Of a stretch of DNA of 64,000 nt, positions 30,066 to 45,235 are shown in pieces. Each line of letters opens with the position of its first letter. Position 1 is the first letter of the stretch. Origin of the DNA: the human T2T-CHM13v2.0 reference genome, Homo sapiens; assembly GCF_009914755.1 (NCBI RefSeq), contig NC_060933.1. One strand, written 5' to 3'. The notes below the pieces were generated by a model. That model was given only the letters and a program-made list of their open reading frames with translations, was not told the DNA's origin and searched no databases. A program made the position numbers and the translations under genes.

Positions 30066-32278
30066 GTTTTTATAGTTTTGGGTTTTACATTTAAGTCTTT
30101 AATCCATCTTCAGTTAATTTTTGTAAAAGGTGTAAGGAAGGGATCCAGTTTCAGTTTTCTGCATATTGCTAGCCAGTTCTCCCAGCACCACTTATTTATT
30201 TATTTATTCATCTATTTTTTCAGATATTTTTATGCCTTCCCTTTTTTATTATACTTTAAGTTCTGGAATACATGTACAGAACGTGCAGGTTTGTTACATA
30301 AGTATACACGTGCCATGGTGGTTTGGTGCACCCAGTAATCCATCACCTACATTAGGTATTTCTCCTAATGCTATCCCTCCCCTACCCCCCTATCCCCCAA
30401 CAGGCCCCTGTGTGTGATGTTCCCCTCCCTGTGTCCATGTGTTCTCATTGTTCAACTCCCACTTGAGTGAGAACATGTGGTGTTTGGTTTTCTGTTCTTG
30501 TGTGAATTTTCCCAGCACCATTTATTAAACAGTGAATCCTTTCCTCATTGCTTGTTTTTGTCAGGTTTGTTGAAATCAGATGATTATACATGTGCAGTTT
30601 AATTTCTGTGTTCTCTATTCTTTTCCATTTGTCTATGTGCCTGTTTTTCGTACCAGTACCATGGTGTTTTGGTTATTGTAGCCTTGTAGTATAGTTTGAA
30701 GTCAGATAGTGTGATGCCTTCAGCTTTGTTCTTTTAGCTTAGGATTGTCTTGGCTATGTGAGCTATTTTTTGTTCCATATGAATTTTAGAATAGTTTTTT
30801 TTTTCTAATTCTGTGAAGAATGTCAATGGTAGTTTAATGAGAATAGCATTGAATCTATAAACAGCTATGGGGAGTGTGACCATTTTTATGATACTGATTC
30901 TTCCTATCCATAAGAATGGAATGTTTTTCCATTTGGTTGTGTCCTCTCTGATTTCCTTCAGTGGTGGTTTGTAGTTCTCTTGAAGAGGTTCTTCACTTCC
31001 CTTATTACCTGCATTCCTAGGTATTTTATTCTCTTTGTGGCATTTTTGAATGGGAGTTCATTCATGATTTGGCTCTCTGCTTGTCTGTTGTTGGTGTATA
31101 GGAATGTTTGTGATTTCTGCATATCTTTTTTTGGGGGGGGGTTGGCTTTGCTTAAGTGGCTTATCAGCTTCAGAAGCTTTTGGGTTGAGTCAGTGGGGTT
31201 TTCTAGACATAGGATCATGTCATCTGCAAACAAAGACAATTTGACTTCCTCTCTTCCCATTTAAATGCCCTCTATTTCTTTTTCTTTCCTGATTGCCCTG
31301 GCCAGAACTTCCAACACTATGTTGAATAAGAGTGATGAGAGAGAGGGTGTCTTTGTCTTGTGCCAGTTTTCAAGGGGAATGCTTCCAGTTCTTGCCCATT
31401 CAGTATGATATTGGCTGTGGGTTTGTTATAAATGGCTCTTATTGAGGTATGTTCTTCAATATCTAGTTTATTGAGAGTTTTTAACATGAAAGGATGTTGA
31501 ATTTTATTGAAGGCCTTTTCTTCATCTATTGAAATAACCATGTTGTTTTTGTCTTTAGTTCTGTTTATGTGATGAATTACATTTATTGATTTGTATATGT
31601 TGAACTAGCCTTCCATCCCAAGGATGAAGCCGACTTGATCGTGGTGGATAAGCTTTTCGATGTGCTGCTGGATTCGGTTTGCCAGTATTTTTTTTTTTGA
31701 GGATATTCACATCAAAGTTCATCAGGGCTATTGGCCTGAAGTTTCCTTTTTTTGTCATATATCTGCCAGGCTTTGGTATTAGGATGATGCTGGCCTCACA
31801 AAATGATTTAGGAAAGTGTCCCTCCTCTTCAGCTGTTTGGAATAGTTTCAGAATTAATGATACCAGCTACTCTTTGCACCTCTGGTAGAATTCGGCTGTG
31901 AATCCATATGAACCTGGGCTTTTTTAGCTGGTAGGCTATTTATTACGGCTTCAATTTCAGAACTTGTTATTGGTCTAATCAGGGATTCAACTTCTTCCTG
32001 GTTCAGTCTTGGGAGGGTGTATGTGTCCAGGAATTTATCCATTTCTTCTAGATTTTCCAGTTTATTTGCAGAGAGCTGTTTATAGTATTCTCTGATAATA
32101 GTTTGTATTTCTGTGGGGTCAGTGGTCGTATCCCCCTATTTCTGAGGGTGTTTATTTGAATGTTCTCTCTTTTCTTCTTTAGTAGTCTCACTAGCAGTCT
32201 ATCTATCTTATTGAGTTTTTCAAAAAAAAAAAAAAGCAGCTCCTGGATTCTTCGATTTTTTGAAGGGTTTTTCACTTG
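30066..32278 (-). mobile_element. L1PA (about PA8-13) internal ORF2 fragment lacking both termini
   Basis: ORF2 peptides incl. [11 protein letters not shown] (30958-31260); no 3'UTR or poly(A) at the left end. Confidence 0.9.
30197..30509 (-). mobile_element. Short L1PA7-like 3' end nested in the L1 fragment
   Basis: ttatactttaagttctggaatacatgtacagaacgtgcagg; TSD tcccagcaccaYttatt at 30180-30196 and 30510-30526. Confidence 0.9.
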
Positions 32279-34022
32279 GTGTTTTTTGACAGGGTTTGAG
32301 GGGCAGGAACTAGGGCAGAACAAACTTTTGGGAGCCCAGGTGTTGGGAAAAGACTCAGAGAAGGGGCAGGCACTGCCTTGGGTGGCCTCTGAGGTAAAGC
32401 CCAGGGCATCCACTCAAGCCCTGTGAGTGGGAACTGGCATCAGCAGCCGGACCACCACTGACTCAAACTGAGAGGGAAGACAAAGTCCTTCAGAAAGGAG
32501 GCCAGGAGAAATCTCACCAGCTCCAGCATGGCCTCCTTACATGGATTCCTTGGCACGCTATGCTTTCCATGCTTGTCCTAATTCATCTTTTGAGACCCCA
32601 GTTTACTCTGATGCCAGGCATCACATGGAGATTTTCCTAGAGTGACCAGGGCTGCAGGATGGGATGGTCCTTGCACACCACATGTCCCTGGTCAGCGGCT
32701 CAGGTCAGGCAGACCCTGGGTGGAAATGGTGCACTCTAGCTTCCAAAAGAAAATAAATGCAAGCAAGCCAGTCAGCTCTGGTGTTTGTGGGTATTTTCAT
32801 CTCAGCCGCAGTCCTCCTTTTTCCTTGGGAGATTCTGAAAAGGGCAGATGTGTAGGAAGGCACAGAATGGGGATGTTTGGTTCTGTACTTAAATTTCTGA
32901 GCCTCAGTCCACAAAAATTTCAGCAATATTTGTACTTAGGGCTACATGAATTCTATCTCTGTGGGCTTCCCCTCCCCATTCCCAGATTTACTATAAATGC
33001 TCCTTAAAACGTATCTAAGCTGTTATTTTATGATAGCTTTCCTTAATTTGTTTATAGCTATTACGCATTTTCAATGTTTGGACTAACATTATGTTCAAAT
33101 ATCTAGATATTTTCTCTTTGCCATATGTTTCAAATAAAGAAATGTTTATACCTCTTTGGAGAAAAAAACGGGAAAATGAGGGAGAAAATAAATTATAGAA
33201 TGAGTATGTTAAGCTAAATCCTCATTTTTTATAACAAGAATTTAATAGACTATATTAAAAAATAATAAATCAATAAATAGTAATATTACATTATTTAATA
33301 AAAGGAGACAACTAAAATTAATAACTGAGCCCATTAAAAGATAATTCAAAAGAGATTAGAATTGGAGAAGATCTATGTGTAGGATCATTCTATTTATTTT
33401 TACTATAACCCTTTAAAATATTTTTATTATATGTTTATTTTGCTGTGATAAAAATAAAAATAAACACCAAAAACTAAAAATGAGAACAAAAAGGTAAACT
33501 AACAAATATCTGAGGACTATCATAGCTCAACTATCAAACTTTTGTTTGCTAAGAACTAAGAGAAATTAAACAATTTTGTCTAATAAGAGTATTGCCATGT
33601 ATTACATATTAAGAAATTAAAAGTATGAGCTTAAGAGTGAATTTTAGCATCAGTAACTTCAGGGTTTCATGTTCCAAAAAGCCTGTATGACAGTTTTTTA
33701 GTTTTTTCTCTAGCTCATGAACTGATTTGCATCAGAGTTAAAACAAGAAGATAAATAGTGCTGGAGCTGGGAAGCATTGATTGTTAGAAACTGCCAAGAA
33801 GAACACAATTGCTAATGTAAATGACAAATATTAGAGGAAGAATACACTTTACAAATGACCATTAAAAATGACACAAAGAAATGATTGCTGTTTGGAAAAA
33901 AAAAAAACATTTAGTGTGTTTGGTAATTATGCTTGACTTTTTTTCTACCAACATATAAACAATGGTTTAAAAATGAGATTCTAATCTGCTTATGGTACTT
34001 GATATCACTATCTTTGTATTGT

Positions 34023-35112
34023 TGATGGCAGCACGGCCCATTTGGAGCCGTCACTGCCATCATGCTGGTGGAAGCAGGGAGATGCCACCTGGGCTGCACA
34101 CTCCACAGAGCTGGGAGGAGCCAGGGACAAGCGGGAGCCCCATCCCTTCCAAGCTGGTGGGGCAAGAGCTCCCCAGGTGCAACAGCAGCTGCCCAAGTCG
34201 TGGCTGCAAACCCGGACCTCTCACTGCACAGGGCAGCAGGAGCCCCACCCCACCTGTCTCAGCTGCAGCCACCCAAGTTACCACAGTGGACCTGGGCCTC
34301 CCTGTTCTCTTGGGAGTGCCGAGAGCAGGCAGAAGCCCCGCCCTCCTGGGCACAGCTGCAGCCTCCCAAGTCGCTGCTGCAGACCCAGGCCTCCCACTCC
34401 ATAGAGCAGGAAGGAGCCCTGCACCCCCACACGGCTGCAGCCACCCAAACCGCAGCTGGAGACCCAGGCATCCCTGCACTCTTGGGGGCCCAAGAAGCTG
34501 CTCCCTGCCTTCACAGGCTCAGAAGTGCCTGCTCCCTCTGCCTGGCTTCTCCCTGTTACTGGCACCCGCTCTGGTATCAGAGCAAAGTCAGGTGGAGCCC
34601 AGGTGCTGTCACAGCCTGGCCAGTTGTGCACATCCTCAGGGCAGTGCTGACACACCAGCCCCCTGTCTCTCAGCCTCCTCCAGACTTTGGGTGCCTACGA
34701 GCAAAGGAAGGAGGGCAATGGGTAGCTGAGGGAAGCTCCACGCCAGCCTTCAGGCACCCCTTGTCACCTACAGCCTGGAAACCATAAACAGCGTCAGGAG
34801 GTAGGCTCCTACAGGTTCCTGGGCAGAAGGGGGCAGGTCCCTGGTAAGGCCCACCTTCAGACCAGGGAGGGCCAGCCGGCTGCCAGTCCCACAGACTGGG
34901 GTGGGAATTTGTTGTGCCTTTTCTGGGCCTGCCCATGGCCACCTATGGACCAATCAGCATGCACTTCCTCCCCTGTCAGGCCCATAAAAGCCCTGGGTTC
35001 AGCAGTGCTGAGCCAGCATTGGCTCAAGCAGCTGTGGAGAGGAGTTACCCACACCAGGGCTTCACCTCTGCTGAGAGCAGCAGATGTCGGGATGACCAGC
35101 TGCAGACAGGAG
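34023..35112 (+). mobile_element. MER52-family ERV1 LTR, 3'-truncated
   Basis: Starts tgatggcagcacggcccatttggagccgtcactgccatc; internal cagctgcagccacccaa repeats; ccaatcagcatgcacttcctcccc...cataaaagccc. Confidence 0.88.
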
Positions 35113-35370
35113 CTGTTTTAGAAGCTGAGAGTAGAACAGCAGTAACAGTGTCCGGGTTGTGAGGAAAACAGGAAAATGAAGGTCAAAGGGTACAAACATC
35201 CAGATAGAAGATGAAGAAGTTCTGGAGATCTAGTGTACAGCATGGGTAGTGGTGAATGTGTTACTTCATTTGACTGTGGTAATCATTACACAGTGTGTAT
35301 GTGTATCAAATCATGTTGTATACCTTGAATATATACAATCTTTGTCAGTTAAATATTTTTGTAAAAAAAA
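35113..35370 (+). mobile_element. L1MA9/10-like 3' end
   Basis: ggtcaaagggtacaaac...gttctggagatctagtgtacagcatgg...ttgactgtggtaatcattacacag. Confidence 0.75.
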
Positions 35371-35416
35371 TCTGTGGGCTACACATCTATCTACTTGAGA
35401 AACAATAAAAATAAAA

Positions 35417-35733
35417 TTTTTGTTTATTTTTTAAAATTTATTTTTATTTTTTGAGACAGGGTCCCACTCTGTTGCACAGGCTAGTGCACAGTGGCACAAT
35501 CACAGCTCACTGCAGCCTCGAACTCCCAGGCTCAAGCAATCCTCTCACCTCAGTCTCCTTGGTAGCTAAGACTACAGGTGGGCACCACCATGCCTGGCTA
35601 AGTTTTTTATTTTTTGTAGAGACAGGGTCCCACTATGTTGCCCAGACTGGTCTTGAACTCCTAGTTTCAAGTGATCCTCCCACCTTGGCTCCCGAAATGC
35701 TTCGATTATGGGCATGAGCCACCACACCTAGCC
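35417..35733 (-). mobile_element. AluJ
   Basis: gagacagggtc...cacagctcactgcagcctcgaactcccaggctcaagcaatcc (AluJ-type features). Confidence 0.9.
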
Positions 35734-35895
35734 AAAATTGTTTGTTATGAAAGAAAAAAGAACATAAGTATTATATTAGAAATGCCATGGTGGTGACAAT
35801 ATGTACGATCAATTTCCTGATATATTTTAAATAATTTTTTCATGTGAATAAAATCAATGTTACATTATAGAAAATCTGGAAAATAAAAAAGAACA

Positions 35896-36216
35896 CAGAT
35901 GCTCTTTGACTTATGATGGGTTTATGTCCTGATAAACTCATTGTAAGTTGAAAATACCAGTAGGTCATAAATGTATTTAATACACCTAACCTACCAAACA
36001 TCATAACTTATTCTTGTCTGTCTGAAACACGCTCAGAATACTCACATTAGCCAACAGATGGGCAAAATCATCTAACACAGAGCTTGTTTTGTAAAACATT
36101 TTATAATTAAAAAAATTCAAAATTTGAAGCATAGTTTTTACTGAATTCTTGTCACTTTTGCACCATCATGAAGTTGAAAAAGTCTAAGTAAAAGCATCAT
36201 AAGTTGGGACTACCAG
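35896..36216 (+). mobile_element. MER47A (TcMar-Tigger)
   Basis: cagatgctctttgacttatgatgggtttatgtcctgataaac...gggcaaaatcatctaacac. Confidence 0.85.
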
Positions 36217-36299
36217 TATAAATTACCTAATTGCCTGATATCTCACACACAGCAATAAATGTTCTAAACATCTTACCCATTTTATGCATATGTGTAATA

Positions 36300-37610
36300 T
36301 TTAAACAGTGTGGGCATCGTTCTATACCAGCATTTTTTCTCTAAGCAGTTTGTGTCATGTCACAATCATGAGAGGATTCCTCCACAACATTGAATTGTAA
36401 AGCATAGTTCACAGTGTGGATATGCCATAACTTAGCAAATGTCCTTCTTTTATAGTAGCTTTGAAAGTTTTACATTTATTTTGCTGTTGAAAATTTCACT
36501 TGAGTGATCATTCTTGCTTGTCAATCTTTGTGCTTGTCTGTTATTATTTTCTAAGTTAAAAGGTTAAATTACTCATTCAAAAGATGAGACACTTTCATAA
36601 TAACTGCCAAATAACACTCTGGAAAGTTGTATCCATTAACAGTTTTATATGCAGTGTGTGGCAACATTTATTTTATAACAACCATGTAAAAATTGGTATT
36701 TTTCTTTGTAGTCTTTACTAATTTTAAAAGTGAAAATGCTATCTTAATTTACCTTTATTTAATTACTTATGAGGTTGGGCATTTGTTTATATGTTTCTCA
36801 GCCATTGATGTTTCATTTTTGGCCCTTTACTTTTCATTTTTTAATTAATTTTATTTCTATGGTTTGATATAGTTTTTAAAAAAATTATTCAACTATTCCC
36901 TACATATTTGTGAGGTAGGTAGGAGAAAATGAGTACTGTATTTTTAACTTTGCTAGATAAGATAATGCCTGATTGTTTTTTTTTCCAAATAGTTTCACAT
37001 TCTCACCCAAATATCATGTTGTCAAACTTTTAAATTTTGTTAATTTGGTGGGTATAATGCTTTCTTATTAATTTTGACTTGCATTTTTTCAATTGCAACT
37101 GAGGTTGACAACTTTTTGATATATTTATTATCTAATTGGATTTTGTAAATCTCTTTCATCATTTCTCTGTTCAATTGGCTTTTTCCCATGTATTCATTTG
37201 TTGCTGGTATATAGAAATACAAATTGATTTTGTGTACTTGGTATTTAGTTACTTTGTCTCTTATCAAATCAAATAATGTATCTAATATTACTTTGAATTT
37301 TCTATACACATAATGACAATTTTAAACCTCTCTCCTAATTTTTAAATATCTAATGTATTTGTTTATTCAATTATTTATTCCTTCTTTCCTTGGCCTCACA
37401 AGTCTGGTAAACTGGACCTCCAGTTCAATCATGACAAGCGTTATTAGTAGGCACCCTTGAATATTTTCCATTTTTAAGAGAAAGTTTTCATTATTTCAAT
37501 ATTAATAATGATTTTTCTCTACATTTCTTTGTACTATACCCTGAGTACACTTTTTCACATTTAACTTTTAGTTCACTAATTTCTCTTCCACTTTGTCTAC
37601 TCTGATTCTT
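36300..37610 (-). mobile_element. Ancient L1M(E) fragments
   Basis: Degenerate antisense L1 motifs (gtgtggatatgccataa, gaggttgggcatttgtttatatgttt, ttgctggtatatagaaatac, ggacctccagttcaatc). Confidence 0.55.
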
Positions 37611-38092
37611 AGCTTTCACTTTTTTTCTCATTTTTTTATAATTTCAAATTTTATTTTAGATTCAGGGGGTGCATGTGCAGGTTTGTTACATGGGTATATT
37701 GCTTGACGCGGAGGTTGGGGGTGTGATTGATCCTAGTCACCCAGATACTGAGCGTAATATTCAGTAGCTACTTTTCCAAGCTTTCTCCTTCTCCTTTCCT
37801 CCTCCTTTAGCCCCCAGTGTCTATTGTTGCTATCTTTATGTCTATGAGTACCCACTGTTTAGCTCCCACTTATAAATGAGAACACACAGTATTTGCTTTT
37901 CTGTTCCTGTGTTAATTCACTTAGATAGTGGCCTCCATCTGCATTCTTGTTGCTGCAAAGGGCATGATGTCATTCTTTTTTATAGCCATATTCCGTGGTA
38001 TGTATGCACCACATTTTCTTTATCCAATTCACTATTGAAAGGCACCTAGGATGATTCCATGTTTTTGCTATTGTGAATAGTGTTGTGATTAA

Positions 38093-38391
<299 letters not shown>

Positions 38392-38743
38392 TTTTATTTT
38401 TTTTATATATACCCAGTAATAGCACTGCTGAGTCAAATAGTAGTTCTATTTTAAGTTGTTTGAGAAACCTACAAACTGCTTTCCACAGTGGCTGGACTAA
38501 TTCACATTCCCACCAATGGTGTATAAGTGTTCCTTTCTCTCAGCAGCCTCACTAGCGTTTGTTGTTTTTTGACCTTTTAATAATAGCCATCCTGACTGGT
38601 GGAAGATGGTATCTCACTGTCATTTTGATTTGCATTTCTCCGATGACTAATAATGATGATCATTTTTTCATATGTTTGTTGGCCACTTTTATGTCTTCTT
38701 TTGAGAAGTGTCTGTTCATGGTTTTTGCCCATTTTTCAATGTG

Positions 38744-38744
<1 letters not shown>

Positions 38745-38779
<35 letters not shown>
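38745..38779. repeat. (TTA)n microsatellite
   Basis: Directly visible; produces the poly-Leu of the spurious ORF 38559-38822. Confidence 0.9.
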
Positions 38780-39471
38780 GCTTGTTCAGTTGTTTAAGTT
38801 TCTTATAGATTCTGGATATTAGACTTTTGTCAGATGCAGAGTTTGCAAATATTTTCTCGTGTTCTGTAGTTTGTCTGCTTACTCTATTGATAGTTTATTT
38901 TGCTGTGCAGAACCTCTTTAGTTTAATTGGGTCCCACTTGTCAATTTTTGTTTTTGTTGCAATTTTGAGAACTTAGTCATAAATTATTTCCCAAGGCCAA
39001 TGTCCAGAATGGTATTTCCTAGGTTTTCTTTGAGAATTTTTTTATGGATTGAAATCTTATACTTAAATCTTTAATTCATATTGAGTTAATCTTTGTATAT
39101 GGTGAAAGGTAGGGGTCCAGTTTCATTCTTCTGCATATGACTAGCTAGCTACCTAGCATCATTTATTGACTAAGGAGTCCTTCCCCATTGCTTAGTCTTG
39201 TCAACTTTGTAAAAGATCAGATGGTTGTAGGTATGCAGCTTTATTTCTGGGTTCTCTATTCAGTTGCATTGGTCTGTGTGTCTGTTTTTCTACCAGGACC
39301 ATACTGTGTTGGCTACTGTGGCCTTATAGTATTGTTTGAAATTCAGTAATGTGATGCTCCAACTTTGTTCTTTTTGCCTATGATTGCTCTGGCTATTTGG
39401 GCTCTTTTTTGGTTCCACATGAATTTTAGCATAGTTTTTACAAGTTCTATGAAAAATGGTATAGGTTGTTT

Positions 39472-40429
39472 TGTTATGGGATCGTTGGGGTGTCATTTTT
39501 CTGGCCAGAAACATCTGTGGCTGGTGGTACCTTTGCTTGAGTTTTGTTTGGGCCCTCTGGGCTCGTTTCACTCACTCAGCCTGGCAGACTGTGCTCAGCT
39601 GCCACTACCGGCCTGAGTACTATGCCTGCCAAGGGTGAGTAAGGCGCGGAATGTCAAGGGTGTGTGGGTGAGCATGGGGTCCAGCCGCTGCAAACAGTCA
39701 GTCATGCCAGCTGCTGCAGCAGGGTAGGAAGCTCCAGGTGCTAGCACAGGTGCTGGCACTTTGTGAGGATGTGGCTGGACCAAGCACACTGCAAGCACCT
39801 TCCATGGCTGACACCAGGGAACATGGTGGCATCTAGAAGCTTGGAGACTCCAGGAACTCAAAGAGGGAGTCACAGCCCTGGCTCAGGGAGCTCCCAGGTC
39901 TAGAGTCACTTAAGGGCTTTAGCTCTCTTCTTTCCTTCTCCTCACCCCCAACATGGCAAGCAAGGGGCATATCTCAGCCCTGTTTGTGTTACAGCTCTTT
40001 TAGCCTCATTTGGCAAGTCTTGAGTTATTATCCTGTGCCTGGGAAGAATGAGGTATGCAGACAAGCAGAAGGTGAGCAAGACGAAGAGGAGCTTTATTGA
40101 GCGATAGAACAGCTCAGAGGAAGCCCACAAGGGGCAGCTCCTTTCCACAGCCAAGGTGTCCCAACTAGTGTTCAGCTGCTAGCAGAGTGCGTAGCTCTGA
40201 GAAAGCAATGGGGGGGCACTTCCCAGGCCCCTGAGAGTGCAGGGATGCCTGGGTTTGCATGCCTGCTCTGTGGAGTGGGAGGCCCACATCTGCAGCCATG
40301 GTTTAGGTGGCTGCAGCTGCACCTGGGAGGGCGGGGCTCCTGCCTCCTCCCAGCTCAAGCTGGCTCCATGAAGTGTGCAGCCCCAGCATGGTGGCAGTAG
40401 CTGCTCCAGATGGCCCACCACTGCCATCA
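39472..40429 (-). mobile_element. MER52-family LTR, both ends present
   Basis: tgttatgggatc ... ccactgccatca; 4-bp TSD gttt (39468-39471, 40430-40433), typical of ERV1. Confidence 0.9.
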
Positions 40430-42016
40430 GTTTCATAGGAATAGCACTGAGTTTGTCAATGGCTTTGGGCAGCATGGCTATTTTAGCAATATTGATTCTT
40501 CCAATCCATGAGTGTGGAATGTTTCTCCATTTGTTTCAGTAGTGTCTTGTCCCCTTTGTAGAGCTCTTTCACCTCTTTGTTTGTATGTTTCGTAATTTGA
40601 TTTTTTTATGACTATTGTTTTTCCAAATGTTTTTCCATTTGTTCATGTGATCCATGGTTTCTTTCAGCAATGTTGTGTAGTTCTCTTTGTAAAGAACTTT
40701 CACGTCCTTGGTTGGATTCCTAAGTATTTATTTTTTGTGTGTGGCTATTGTGAATGAGATTGCATTCTTGATTTGGCTCTCAGCTTGAATGTTATTGGTG
40801 TACAGATCTTACGACTTAGTCTCTGTGGGTAAATATTTATTTTTTCTAATGATTCTTAGTCATGGTGAATTATTTTCTTATTTATTTTGAGATGTTTGAT
40901 TGTGAACTCGTTTTCCTCTGGAAGACATAACTTTGGAAATTTTTTGAAGCCTACATTTAAGAGTTCCTACAGAGAAAACATGCATCTGTTTTTATGAGAT
41001 GCCTTCTGGAACTACCAGTTGGCTTTAAATTTAAACTACCTTTTCAGGCTTTCTTCTTCAGAGTTTATTTGAACCATCATAATTGCGTACATTTTGTTCC
41101 CGCTCATGTGACAGCTGACCTGTCATTATGAAGAATCGGGAGTGTCTTTCTACTTTCTCCAGAAACAAAGCTGCAAGTTGATTTGTATGATTCTCATTAT
41201 AGGATTTTTTTCCCCTGGAGTTTCACCTCTCCAGGAGCCCTGGCTTTATATGTTTGTTATCATTATTACAATAATCATACATGACTACTAAAGTTCTAAT
41301 GAATCAAAACAAGGGTTGCCTTTCAGCAAAGTACATTTTTCACATTTTCCTCCAGTTGTTAAATAAAACTGTTCACATGCTATCTCCTAAGCAACACATT
41401 TCCCTATAAAAGCCAATATTTTCAAATTTAAATATTTTTAGAATTTTAAAATTTAGAATACTACAAGATCTGGAACTTTAAGATCTGGAAAAGCTCTATA
41501 ACAAGGAATAATAATAACACAGGGATAACAATATTGTTGCATGGTGATGAATATTTTAAAATAATGCATTCTAGATGCTGTATCCTATATATACATTTTA
41601 TTCTTTTATTCTCTAATTCTCCGAGCAGAACAGAATCATTAATGAAAGTATGAATCATTCTACAATGAGAATTAAAATAATCTTCCTGTACTAAAAGGCA
41701 CTTAAGATCCAATTGATGATATTAATTAATATTACTAAAATTGTATAATAATTGTAATTATTATACTTAGAAAACTTAGAAACATAGAAATTTGTATTCT
41801 TTCATATTAGCCATGTTATCATATCGCATAAGCTTCTCTAGTGATCTTATCTTCAATTTCCTGAACTACATGATATAGTCTATTGCTCTTTGGAAATGCC
41901 TCAATATTTCCAAAATTTATCTAATACCTTAAAAAGGAACACCAACAGATGAACTTAGTTTTCAGCATTAAAAGCAAGATAAATATTTATAATACAATGA
42001 AAAACAGTCTTACATA

Positions 42017-42047
42017 AAATTGCACTAATGCTTGTCATCCATTATCA
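42017..42047. repeat. (TG)n microsatellite
   Basis: Directly visible. Confidence 0.9.
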
Positions 42048-42075
42048 ACTGACATGGTAAACATATGGACCTGCA

Positions 42076-42109
<34 letters not shown>

Positions 42110-42129
42110 AATGCACATATACATATATA

Positions 42130-43764
<1,635 letters not shown>

Positions 43765-44342
43765 TATACATACATATACATATATATATATATTTTTGTA
43801 ATATACCCTATATTTTATTTCAAAGGCAGTTGTGAAAACTCATCAGCCTTGATTGCAAATCAAATTATTTTTGTCCAGCATGAAAATTAACATGCTCTTA
43901 TTCTATAAATAGAAAAATACACCAGATTTTTAAAGTTACAACATATATTTAGCAGCAGTATTTATCTTATTGCTTATATTTTATGTTATATACAGTAAAA
44001 TACTAGGTATCTTATATTTTTATTAGTATAATAAAGGACACCTCCTCATCTTTAATTAATCACACAAATAAGATAATCCAGTTGGCGGAACATGATTCAA
44101 ATATGAAAAAATATCCTTTCACATAATTAACATTGCTAGATGGATTTTTCTTTAGATATTAATAGATATGACATTTATATGAATTGCATATTCTAGAGGG
44201 TAATTAAACTGACACATGTTCAAATCAACTTTAGGACAAAACTGATTAAAAGTGTTGACTTCCAACCAAAATGACTGATTGGCTTTTAATGCACTGAATG
44301 CACTGTAGTGTTCAGAAGGCGATTTATACAGGAGAAGGAAGG

Positions 44343-45235
44343 TATGTTAGTTTCCCGTTGCTTTTGTGACATATCAACACAAACGTAGTGGCTTGAGACA
44401 ACACAAAATTATTATTGTACATTTTTGAAGTTCAGAAATCTTAAATTCAGTCTTACAGGGCCACAATCAAAGATAGCATTTCTTCCAGAAGCTCTAAGGG
44501 AGAATCTATGTGTGGTAGGTAGAATAATGACCCTCCAAAGATGTCCACGTTTGGACAGCCCCAAATCTGTGACTATATTAACTTACATAATAAAGGTGGT
44601 TTTGCAGATGTCATTAAGTTAACGATCCTGAGATGGAGAAATTAACCTGGATGATCCAGTGGGCCCAATGGAGTTGCAAAGATCCTTATAAAAGGAGAGC
44701 AGGAGGGTCAGAGTCGGAGAATTTGATGTGAAGATGGAAGTAGAAGTTGGAGTGACACTTTGAAGATGGAAGAAGAGCCATGTAGAGGAATGAAGGTAGT
44801 ATCTAGAACCTGGAAAAGGTAAGAAAAAAATTATCCCCTAGAGCCACCAGAAGGAACATGCAAAAAGCAAGGAAGCACTTTCTCCTCTAAAGCCTCCAGA
44901 AGAAATGCAGCTCTGCTAGCACCTTGAGTTTAGCCCTGTAAAAGCCATTTCAGCTTCTGACCTCGAGAACTGTAAGGCAATAAACTTGGGTTGCATTTAG
45001 CTACTAAATGTGTGGTTATATCTTATGCCAGCCGTAGAAAAATAGTATACTGTTCCTTGCTTTTTATCCTTCCATTATCAAGCCCACCCAATGTAACTTC
45101 CCCATCTCAACACTCTTAATTTAATCACATCTGCAAAGTCCCTTTTTCCATGTAAGATAACATTCATGGGCTCCATGGATTATGATATGAACATTAGGGG
45201 ATGGAAGAAGGTAAGGAGGTATTCTGTCAACCACA
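44343..45235 (-). mobile_element. MLT1D-like MaLR LTR (host), split by a second MLT1D
   Basis: 44343-44510 (LTR 3' part, antisense) and 45050-45235 (...taatcacatctgcaaagtccc...attctgtcaaccaca). Confidence 0.75.
44511..45049 (+). mobile_element. MLT1D MaLR LTR (nested)
   Basis: tgtggtaggtagaataatgaccctccaaagatgtccac ... cttctgacctcgagaactgtaag. Confidence 0.85.

Noticed and set aside
34190-34460. Repeat-spacer pattern (cagctgcagccacccaa units) resembling a CRISPR array
   Set aside because: Degenerate internal repeats of MER52 with related spacers, in a primate genome with no cas genes
33992-35162. Overlapping long ORFs (245 aa, 241 aa and others)
   Set aside because: All lie within the GC-rich, stop-poor, internally repetitive MER52 LTR; open in many frames on both strands and no recognisable protein
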